Assembly (NCBI GenBank): GCA_030611805.1
Contig: JAUWPB010000009.1
Span: 1 to 32,000, forward strand
Direction: 5' to 3'
Source of the DNA: Nanobdellota archaeon
GTDB taxonomy: Archaea > Nanobdellota > Nanobdellia > Pacearchaeales > GW2011-AR1
DNA: 32,000 nucleotides
Below are positions 15,206-22,844 of this stretch, one piece after another (within the stretch, counting starts at the first letter, position 1; each line of letters begins with the position of its first letter). The notes beneath the pieces are model-generated. The model did not search any database. It was not told the origin of the DNA and worked only from the letters and a program-made list of their open reading frames with translations. The translations under genes and the position numbers were made by a program.

Positions 15206-16903
15206 TTACTTTACTAACTGCCCTGCTTTTTCAAACTTAATTTCCTGATTAATTAATTTTCTTATCTCCTCTTTTAATCCGGAAATCTTTACTCTGATTT
15301 GTTTTGTTGTATCTCTATCTCTGATTGTAACATCTTTCTTTTTCAAAGAATCTCCGTCGACAGTTATGCAATAAGGAGTTCCGATTTCATCATTTCTTGC
15401 ATATCTTTTTCCAACAGAACCAGATTCATCATAATCTACATTCCAGTCTTTTTTCAAATCATTAAAAATTTCTTTAGCAATATCAATTAATTTTTTATCA
15501 GATTTTACCAGAGGAAAAATAGCAACTTTTACTGGAGCGAGTTCTGGAGGTAATTTTAAAACAATATTCTCTCTTTTCTCGTCGTAATTGTATGCTTTTG
15601 TCAAAACCGCTAAAAAAACTCTCTCCATACCAAATGTTGGTTCAATAACTTTTGGAATTATTTTTTTCTTTGTTGCTTCATCAAAAATAGATAAATCTTT
15701 TTTACTTTCTTTAATGTGTTGATTTAAATCATACTGACCCCTGTTTGCATTTCCGGCAACTTCCTTGCTTCCAAAAGGATATTCATAATCAACATCAAAA
15801 GTTGCAGAAGAATAATGTGACCTCTCTTCAGACTTATGTTCTCTTATTTTTATTTTTTCCAAACCAAGAGAATAAAACCACATAATCTGTTCAGCCAGCC
15901 AAAACCCATGCCACTCTGTCAACTTTTTCTCTTTTAACATTTTTTTAACTGTAGTTTCTTTAAGTTCCTCGCTGCCAGCTTCCTGTGTCTCAGCGTCCAA
16001 CAATTTAAATTTCAAATTCAAATGTTCCCTTGTTAATTCTTCACATTTTTCAGTATCAGGATGTAAAAAAAACTCAAACTCTCCAATATGAAATTCCCTT
16101 AATCTAAATAAAAAATCTCTTGGTGCAATCTCATTTCTAAAACATCTCCCAAGCTGGGCAATACCAAAAGGCAGTTTCATCCTCATTGAATCATGAATTA
16201 ATTTAAAATTCATAAACATCCCCTGTGCAGTTTCTCCTCGAAGATATGCCTTGCTCTTGTCCAGAGCCCCAACTTCTGTTTCAAATAACATATTAAACTC
16301 GCCGGTTTTCTCATACTCTCCTCCACAATCGCATTTAACTTTCCCAAATTCATTCACTTCTAACTTGGAAGATTTCTTGCATTTTTTACAAACAACTGCT
16401 AAATCTTTAAAGCTGTCAATATGCCCTGAAGCTTTCCATGTCCTGGGATGAGAAATTATACTCGCATCAATCCCGACCATGTTGTCATGTTTATGAACAA
16501 AATGATTCCACCAATTTTTCTTGATATTATTAAACAATTCTGTCCCTAAAGGTCCAAAATCCCAGAACCCTGTAAAACCACCATAAATATCTGAACTTCT
16601 AAAAACAAAACCTTTTCTTTTACAAAAAGCTGTAAGCTCCTCTATTGATATTTTCGTTTGCATCATTTTTCTCTTCCCTGTTTCTTTCCCCATCTCCTTA
16701 TTTTTAATAATTTTTATTTTGTCCTTCCCAACTTTCTCACTTTCCATTTTCTTTATTATTTCTTTAGCTTTTTTCTCAGCATCCTTCCTGACCTTCCCAA
16801 GATAAGCAATTGTTTTTGTTTTTACTTTTCCATCAACTCTCTTATTTTCATTAAGATAATAATATTCCCTTCCATGAATCTTTTTTTTAACAATAAATGC
16901 CAT
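15206..16903 (-). CDS. glyS: Glycyl-tRNA synthetase (archaeal/eukaryal alpha2 type) with a ~80-aa N-terminal extension
   Basis: FRSSDIYGG, RGETAQGMF, CFRNEIAPR, EPTFGMERV, and a C-terminal anticodon-binding domain. The canonical core starts near MMQTKISIEEL (aa 80). Confidence 0.93.
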   Translation of the reverse strand: MAFIVKKKIHGREYYYLNENKRVDGKVKTKTIAYLGKVRKDAEKKAKEIIKKMESEKVGKDKIKIIKNKEMGKETGKRKMMQTKISIEELTAFCKRKGFVFRSSDIYGGFTGFWDFGPLGTELFNNIKKNWWNHFVHKHDNMVGIDASIISHPRTWKASGHIDSFKDLAVVCKKCKKSSKLEVNEFGKVKCDCGGEYEKTGEFNMLFETEVGALDKSKAYLRGETAQGMFMNFKLIHDSMRMKLPFGIAQLGRCFRNEIAPRDFLFRLREFHIGEFEFFLHPDTEKCEELTREHLNLKFKLLDAETQEAGSEELKETTVKKMLKEKKLTEWHGFWLAEQIMWFYSLGLEKIKIREHKSEERSHYSSATFDVDYEYPFGSKEVAGNANRGQYDLNQHIKESKKDLSIFDEATKKKIIPKVIEPTFGMERVFLAVLTKAYNYDEKRENIVLKLPPELAPVKVAIFPLVKSDKKLIDIAKEIFNDLKKDWNVDYDESGSVGKRYARNDEIGTPYCITVDGDSLKKKDVTIRDRDTTKQIRVKISGLKEEIRKLINQEIKFEKAGQLVK

Positions 16904-17052
16904 TAATATTAACCACTACAAAAGTATTTAAAGATTTTCATAAATTACTAGTGGCAAATTTATTTATATTTTTATGCTTGTAACTTTTAAAGTAATAATT
17001 TTGCTAATTATAAAAAAGAAATTCATCAATAAATATTTCCAAACTAAAAACC

Positions 17053-17060
17053 TTTAAATA
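17053..17060 (+). promoter_or_regulatory. TATA box for tRNA-Cys
   Basis: TTTAAATA centred ~27 nt upstream of the tRNA 5' end. Confidence 0.5.
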
Positions 17061-17083
17061 CACAATCCTTGGTTCTATTATAT

Positions 17084-17156
17084 GCGGAGGTGGCACAGCG
17101 GCTACTGCAATCGGTTGCAGCCCGGTTTTTCGTGGGTTCGAGTCCCATCCTCCGCT
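17084..17156 (+). tRNA. tRNA-Cys (GCA)
   Basis: Hand fold: acceptor GCGGAGG/CCTCCGC, anticodon arm ATCGG-TTGCAGC-CCGGT, T arm GTGGG-TTCGAGT-CCCAT. The discriminator is U73, the Cys identity element. 73 nt, no intron. Confidence 0.88.
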
Positions 17157-17170
17157 TATTAAAAAAGAAA

Positions 17171-18046
17171 ATGCTCCCTTGGTATATTCTGTCACTAACA
17201 TCCGCCGTGTTCTCAGCAATGGCTGCAATAACTCAAAAAAAAGTCCTGTTTAAAGAAACAGCTCTTGGATTTTCAACACTGGTTGCAATATTTAATCTAA
17301 TCATCGCTATTCCTTTTTTCTTTTTCATAGACTTCTCAAATCTTACTTCCTCGGGATTATTCGTTTTATTTATTAAATCTATTTTAGGAGCAGTTTCATT
17401 TCTTTGTGTGATGCTTGGAATAAAAAATCTTGAAATAAGCAGGGCTCTTCCTTTGCTGGTTCTTACACCCGGATTAGTTGCATTTTTCGCATTTTTATTT
17501 TTAGGAGAATCTCTTTCTAATATTGAAATTATGGGAATGCTCTTCCTTATTGCAGGAACATATTCCCTTTCACTGAAAAAAAGACAAGAATTAGAAGACC
17601 CTGTTGAAGAGTCAATTAAACCAAAAGGGCATTATTATATTATTGCAGCTCTTATTTTATTTACAATAACTGCTATATTAGATAAAGCTATTTTAACGGA
17701 TTTTAAGGTTCCATTAAATACTTTTATGGGATTTCAACACTTATTTTTAGCAATAATATTTTTTACAATAATCATTTTTTCAGGAAAAACCAAATCCGTC
17801 AAATCCAGTTTTAAAAATTCCTGGAAGTTTATTTTATTAATTTCTTTTATTACAATCACATACAGATATACTCATTTACTGGCAATAAAAATCGCTCCTG
17901 TTGCACTTGCACTTTCTCTCAAACGGGTTTCTGTATTTATTGCAGTAGTAATCGGAGGGACATTATTCAAAGAACATAATCTTGTAAGAAAAATAATAGC
18001 AACAATAATAATGACTATCGGAGCAATATTAATTATTAATGGTTAA
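17171..18046 (+). CDS. EamA/DMT-superfamily transporter
   Basis: ~10 TM segments in two EamA-like halves. I chose the ATG at 17171 because the track start at 17069 runs through the tRNA-Cys gene. Confidence 0.8.
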   Translation: MLPWYILSLTSAVFSAMAAITQKKVLFKETALGFSTLVAIFNLIIAIPFFFFIDFSNLTSSGLFVLFIKSILGAVSFLCVMLGIKNLEISRALPLLVLTPGLVAFFAFLFLGESLSNIEIMGMLFLIAGTYSLSLKKRQELEDPVEESIKPKGHYYIIAALILFTITAILDKAILTDFKVPLNTFMGFQHLFLAIIFFTIIIFSGKTKSVKSSFKNSWKFILLISFITITYRYTHLLAIKIAPVALALSLKRVSVFIAVVIGGTLFKEHNLVRKIIATIIMTIGAILIING

Positions 18047-18870
18047 GAACTAAACTTAATACCTTTTGCTTTTTCAATAAGCCCCTTTCTTGGTTCGGGA
18101 ATATCTTCTTTTTTTGAATCTTCAAGATATTTCAAAACCTTTTTTTTCCTTGCTTCTATGCTCAGTTTTGAACTAACACAAGGTCCTCCAATACACCCTC
18201 CAATGCAAAAAAGCACATCTAAAAATCTAATCTTAGGCTCAGGATTTTTCAAAAATTTAAGCACATTTGCAATACCATCCATCACGAGTATTTCTTCTTT
18301 TTTTATGGTTCCTTTCAAATGCGCTGTTTTTCCCAAACCTCCGGAAAGAGGATAAATCTTTGTATAATCATTATAAAATTTATCAAAATAAATTCTTTTA
18401 CTATATTTTGGAATTTTAAATTTAACAAACAATTTATTCAGCTGTTTATAATCAATTACAAAATCAACATCTTTTGATTTTTCTGCTTCTATTTTTTTAT
18501 AATGACAAGGAGAAATAAAAACAGTTTTATGGTCTGGATAAAATCTTTTGCATATCTTTGCAGTTGCGACCATGGGACTATCAATCCTCGCCAAATATTT
18601 TTTATACTTTGGTATTTTAGCCTTAATAATTTCAACAATCCCCGGACAAGGACTTGCAATAACAAGCCCTTTAGAATTTTTAAGTTTCTTATAATACTCT
18701 CTATTAATCATCTTCGCCCCAAAAGTCAGCTCAACAACTTTATCAAAACCTAATTTTTTTAATCTTGAAATAATTGAAGCATAAGAAAATTCAACAACAA
18801 AACTTGGAGCCAACATTGCAATATACTTTCCTTTCAACGGAAACTTTAAATTCTCAATACCTTTTTTCAT
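18043..18870 (-). CDS. [FeFe]-hydrogenase-like protein, H-domain only (275 aa)
   Basis: Segments align with the Fe-hydrogenase large-subunit C-terminal domain: IAMLAPSF, LKKLGFDKVVELTFGA, ASPCPG (P1-like), SPM, ISPCHYKKIEAE (P2, CxxKxxE), DVDFVI, and FCIGGCIGGPC (P3, CxxxC). There is no N-terminal ferredoxin-like Cys cluster. Confidence 0.8.
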   Translation of the reverse strand: MKKGIENLKFPLKGKYIAMLAPSFVVEFSYASIISRLKKLGFDKVVELTFGAKMINREYYKKLKNSKGLVIASPCPGIVEIIKAKIPKYKKYLARIDSPMVATAKICKRFYPDHKTVFISPCHYKKIEAEKSKDVDFVIDYKQLNKLFVKFKIPKYSKRIYFDKFYNDYTKIYPLSGGLGKTAHLKGTIKKEEILVMDGIANVLKFLKNPEPKIRFLDVLFCIGGCIGGPCVSSKLSIEARKKKVLKYLEDSKKEDIPEPRKGLIEKAKGIKFSS

Positions 18871-18968
18871 TTTAAATAAAGAAAAACAACATTTATAAAA
18901 ATGCCTCTAACTAATTGTAACAGAATATTAAATTATTGTCAATTTTTAAAGAAAATAATTTGTTGGTT

Positions 18969-19805
18969 TTATTCGCCCAATTCTGTTTTGGAAACTTTTT
19001 CTTCATATAAATCCGTGAATTCATCAAAAACTGCTTGACTTTGTTTAAGGGTAATTTTATTTGTTATAGCAGAATATATTTCCTTCCTTATCCTATCAAC
19101 TTCTATACTTGGGTCTATCGCTCCCATATAAGAAGTAGCTTCATAGCATCTATTCAACATTTTTCTTATTCTCTTATCTTCTTTAATTCCTTTATCATTT
19201 TCTAAATAAAATAAATTATAAGAATTGTAGATTAAATCTGAAACTTGTGCATAAGCATTCTTCAAAAATTGTTGGCTATTCTTTAAAAAATCTTTTCCAT
19301 AAATTGGAAGGTGCCTCTTAAAAAGTGAAATGGTTGTTCTGTCAATTACTTGTTCTAACGGATTATTTTTAATATTCTGAGGATTTTTAAATCCTCTAAG
19401 ATAATTATCAACCCCTTTTATTGATATCCCTGTTTGGATATCTTCTCCATTTAAATTTAAAATAAATTCGTCCAAGAAACAAATATCTCCATTCGTAATT
19501 GCTAAAAAATCATAATCTCCAGGATTTTCTAAGAATAAAGAAGAACCAAAAATAGATGTACTCAACACCTCTAAAGTTGGATAATTTACACCCATATAAT
19601 CTAAAACCATCTCATTTAAATTCGAGAATGTTTCATTTTTTCTCTCTAAAATATTATTTCTTTGTTTATCAAATAAATAATGATAAATATTCCTTTGAAA
19701 AAGATTTGCTCTTTCTTCATTATCTCCAAAATTAATTCTATTTGTTGGATGAAAAATTTCTAAAGGATAATCCACTCTAAAAGGAATTTTAGTAAACATT
19801 TGCAT
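18969..19805 (-). CDS. Pol-beta-superfamily nucleotidyltransferase-domain protein
   Basis: IFGSSLFLENPGDYDFLAIT fits hG[GS]-x(9-13)-DxD. The C-terminal half looks helical. The gene overlaps the upstream gene by 17 nt. Confidence 0.6.
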   Translation of the reverse strand: MQMFTKIPFRVDYPLEIFHPTNRINFGDNEERANLFQRNIYHYLFDKQRNNILERKNETFSNLNEMVLDYMGVNYPTLEVLSTSIFGSSLFLENPGDYDFLAITNGDICFLDEFILNLNGEDIQTGISIKGVDNYLRGFKNPQNIKNNPLEQVIDRTTISLFKRHLPIYGKDFLKNSQQFLKNAYAQVSDLIYNSYNLFYLENDKGIKEDKRIRKMLNRCYEATSYMGAIDPSIEVDRIRKEIYSAITNKITLKQSQAVFDEFTDLYEEKVSKTELGE

Positions 19806-21123
19806 CTCCCCTTATTCCTTCGATGTTTTCTATAGTTCCTTGAAGACCTTTTCCTTTTTCATGCTCTCTCCTGATATTTCTAACAACATAATATTTTAAG
19901 GTAGCTGCTTGGAGTAATAGGGGCAATATTGAAATTTCTTCCTCTGATAAAGGTTCTTGAGAATACTTATTATATTGTTTAATTATTCTTGGCAACCCTC
20001 CATTGATATATCTGGGCTCTAAATTTTCTCCTTTCAAAAGTAAAGGAGAAATAAACTCTTTTAATTTTTTATCCAACCCAAAAGTTTCTGAATCAATTAT
20101 TATTAAATTACTTCCCCCATCAACAACATTAGAACTATTAACATCTCCATTAATTATTCTGTCGGGTAAGCTCCTCATTCTAACGCTCAAATCTCTGTTA
20201 ATTAAATCCTTAAGAAAAGGGATTAGGATGTTAGATTTAGAACAATATTTTGTTATATCTAAATACATTGAAGCCAAATTACTTTCACTAAAATTTTCTC
20301 CTTTTTTAGAAACTCCCAAGTTAAGAATTTCACTTCCAAGAGAATTATTTAAACTATTATGTAACAATGCGATTGTTTTTCCAACTTTGTCTATATAATT
20401 CAAATCTCTTTCTTTTATAGAATTCATTCTGACAAACTCCTCTAAACCATATAATCCATCACCCATATTTATCCCGTAGAAAGAAGGATTATCAATTCTC
20501 TTACGGATTTTTGGGAAATAAGAATCTAATTCAAATATAATCTCAGAATGTGATTCAATTTCTTTTTTGTTTGTTCCCTTGTATTTGAAAACATATTCTT
20601 TTCCATCAACATCACTAATAAAATATTTTCCAAACTTTGTTCTTCCAGAAGAAATTAAATTAATTCTTCTTGTGTTAACTCCATAAGATTTTTCCAAAAT
20701 TGCCTTTACTTTATTCAAGTCATGATCAAAAAGTTCTTCCCTTTTTTTAACTGCCAAAGGAACATTATAATTTATCTCATTTTCTGTTAGTATTTCAAAA
20801 CCTATTTTCTTAATTCTTTCAAAATCTGAAATAGGGGTAATTTCCACATATTGGCCTCTCGAAAAAATAAAAGAATTTTTTACACCATTTAATAAGTTAA
20901 TTTCCCTTGAAGAGACAATTAAATTATTCTCACAAATTCCCTCATAGTTTATTATTCCATTCAAAAGATAAGCATGATTACTTCCTTCCCTAAAAAAATT
21001 CCAATAGTAACCACCACTTTCAATTTTTTGTGGAGTTGTTCCTAAATCTATTGGCTTATCAAAAAGACTATTCTTATCTTCAATTCTTAATACCTTATCA
21101 CCCCTCAAAGGATTGATTGGCAT
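19789..21123 (-). CDS. Kinase-like (aminoglycoside phosphotransferase/choline kinase fold) protein with an unknown ~150-aa N-terminal domain
   Basis: EYVFKYK is a candidate ATP-binding Lys. INGDVNSSN is a Brenner-type D-x4-N catalytic loop with N in place of the usual H. LIIIDSETFG matches the D-F/S-E metal-binding segment. Confidence 0.6.
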   Translation of the reverse strand: MPINPLRGDKVLRIEDKNSLFDKPIDLGTTPQKIESGGYYWNFFREGSNHAYLLNGIINYEGICENNLIVSSREINLLNGVKNSFIFSRGQYVEITPISDFERIKKIGFEILTENEINYNVPLAVKKREELFDHDLNKVKAILEKSYGVNTRRINLISSGRTKFGKYFISDVDGKEYVFKYKGTNKKEIESHSEIIFELDSYFPKIRKRIDNPSFYGINMGDGLYGLEEFVRMNSIKERDLNYIDKVGKTIALLHNSLNNSLGSEILNLGVSKKGENFSESNLASMYLDITKYCSKSNILIPFLKDLINRDLSVRMRSLPDRIINGDVNSSNVVDGGSNLIIIDSETFGLDKKLKEFISPLLLKGENLEPRYINGGLPRIIKQYNKYSQEPLSEEEISILPLLLQAATLKYYVVRNIRREHEKGKGLQGTIENIEGIRGDANVY

Positions 21124-21154
21124 ATTAACAAAGGCTCAAATCTCTTTAAAAATA

Positions 21155-22012
21155 TTACTTTTTTCGGTTATTTTTCCAATATTCTTTTAATTTATTAAAT
21201 TCTTCTTTTGTAACTCCAAAATCCCCTATTTCTTTTCCGCCTTCTTTTTTTTCATGAAAATCTGTTCCCCCTGAAATAACTAAATTATGTTTTTCAATAA
21301 AATTTTCTAAGATTTCTTTTGTATTTTCTTGGATTGTTTCTTTTGGTTTATAATCTAATTCGATTCCATCTCCTCCCAATGAAACAAATTCATCCAATAT
21401 TTTTAGCATATTTTCGCCCAAATACCAAGGATGGGCAACAATTGCAATTCCTCCCGCATTATGAATAATTTCTATAGCTCTTTTTAATTCTGTCCCTTGA
21501 GGTTTCACGAATGCTTTCCCCTGCTTCCCTAATAATTCATCAAATACTTGTTTTCTTTCTTGAAATTTTTCAGGATATTTTCTCATAAGAATTTTTGCAA
21601 TAAATGGCCTCCCAAAATTCTCTCCTTTTGTTTCTTCAAACAATTCTTCAAAAGTTATTTCATATCCTAATTCATTAAGTTTCTCGATTATAGATTTTGT
21701 ATTTTTAATTGCATATTCTCTGTGCCTTTCAGAAATTTTTTTTATTTCTTCATCTTCAGAATCAATAAATAATCCTATAAGATGCAATTCTCTAACTCCT
21801 TCAGGAGGAGTTATTGTAATTTCTATCCCAGAAACATATCCAATTCCTTTTTCTTTTACATAAACTTTTGCTTCTTCATTTGCTGTTGATTTATCATGGT
21901 CTGTTATTGCGATAGCAGAAATACCTTTTTCAACAGCATAATCAATTAATTCTTTTGGATTTAATACTCCATCTGAATGTGTTGAATGTATGTGCAAATC
22001 TATTTTTACCAT
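21155..22012 (-). CDS. PHP-domain metal-dependent phosphoesterase (TrpH/YciV-like)
   Basis: IDLHIHSTHSDGVLNPKELIDYAVEKGISAIAITDHD plus the later VAHP and GGTDFH motifs. Confidence 0.85.
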   Translation of the reverse strand: MVKIDLHIHSTHSDGVLNPKELIDYAVEKGISAIAITDHDKSTANEEAKVYVKEKGIGYVSGIEITITPPEGVRELHLIGLFIDSEDEEIKKISERHREYAIKNTKSIIEKLNELGYEITFEELFEETKGENFGRPFIAKILMRKYPEKFQERKQVFDELLGKQGKAFVKPQGTELKRAIEIIHNAGGIAIVAHPWYLGENMLKILDEFVSLGGDGIELDYKPKETIQENTKEILENFIEKHNLVISGGTDFHEKKEGGKEIGDFGVTKEEFNKLKEYWKNNRKK

Positions 22013-22048
22013 TATCTTTAAAATAAAGTATTCTTTTTAATATTATCT

Positions 22049-22561
22049 TTAAATTTTCAGATTCATATACTTTCCAAGCATTTCATTAAATATCTTGGTA
22101 TTTTTACTTTCTAAGAAATTTATCATTAATCCCTGAGAATCTTTTGCTAAAAGTCCTCCTTCAATTTTAGGCCACCTCTCTCTATAAACCGCAGGAAAAT
22201 TATTCTTATCTAAATTTGTTATTCCTCCATATGGATCAAGACAAGCAAAAACAACTCTTGGAATTCTGTGTAAAAGAGAAGTTCCAAAACACATAAGACA
22301 AGGTTCTATTGTAGAAAATAATTCAACTAACGAACCTTTTTTTGTCTCTTCCCTTATTAATTTGGAATGGCTTTGAATCAAGTTATTTTCTGCGTGAGAA
22401 TGCCAATCCTTGTTTGTATAAAGTAAATTTCTTCCAACTCCTACCAAATCACCATTTATTGTTAAAGCTGCACCAATTGGAAAATTCCCATACTTTAAAG
22501 TGGACTTTGCTTCTCCTAATGCAAACTTCATTATTTCTTTATCTTTCTCTGAAAAAGGCAT
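22049..22561 (-). CDS. CDA-fold zinc deaminase (TadA/guanine deaminase/dCMP deaminase-like)
   Basis: HAE (WHSHAENNLI) and PCxxC (EPCLMCFGT) zinc-binding motifs. Confidence 0.8.
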   Translation of the reverse strand: MPFSEKDKEIMKFALGEAKSTLKYGNFPIGAALTINGDLVGVGRNLLYTNKDWHSHAENNLIQSHSKLIREETKKGSLVELFSTIEPCLMCFGTSLLHRIPRVVFACLDPYGGITNLDKNNFPAVYRERWPKIEGGLLAKDSQGLMINFLESKNTKIFNEMLGKYMNLKI

Positions 22562-22704
22562 ATCTTAGAGGAAATATGATGCTATTTATGTTTTTCTATA
22601 TTCGCCACAAAAGATAGAAATTATTCTATAACTGAATTTTTCTCACATTTTTTAATCAGCCCAAAACAAAAAACATAAACCCAAGGGTTCAATCCAAATT
22701 AATA

Positions 22705-22801
22705 TGCCCCGGACAGGATTTGAACCTGCGACCTACTGCTTTCTTCCTTTCTTTCCCTTTATTAGAAGGCAGTCGCTCTATCCAAGCTGAGCTACCGAGG
22801 C
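22705..22801 (-). tRNA. tRNA-Arg (TCT) with a canonical 22-nt intron after position 37
   Basis: The reverse complement folds as follows: acceptor GCCTCGG/CCGGGGC, D arm GCTC..GAGC, anticodon stem ACTGC/GCAGT, loop CTTCTA[intron ATAAAGGGAAAGAAAGGAAGAA at 22741-22762]A, T arm GCAGG-TTCAAAT-CCTGT, discriminator A. Confidence 0.88.
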
Positions 22802-22823
22802 TTAATATATGAAGAAATAATTG

Positions 22824-22832
22824 TATTTAAAA
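22824..22832 (-). promoter_or_regulatory. TATA box for tRNA-Arg
   Basis: The minus strand reads TTTTAAATA, centred ~27 nt upstream of the tRNA 5' end at 22801. Confidence 0.45.
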
Positions 22833-22844
22833 TGTTTCTATTAA

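Noticed and set aside
17004-17228. A 74-aa minus-strand ORF, and the 34-codon N-terminal extension of the 17069 ORF.
   Set aside because: Both overlap the well-folded tRNA-Cys gene. The transporter start was moved to the ATG at 17171.
22685-22695. A T-arm-like string GGGTTCAATCC on the plus strand, just beyond the 3' end of the minus-strand tRNA-Arg.
   Set aside because: It is only 11 nt, on the opposite strand, with no flanking stems. It may be chance or an old tRNA remnant and is not reportable as a feature.
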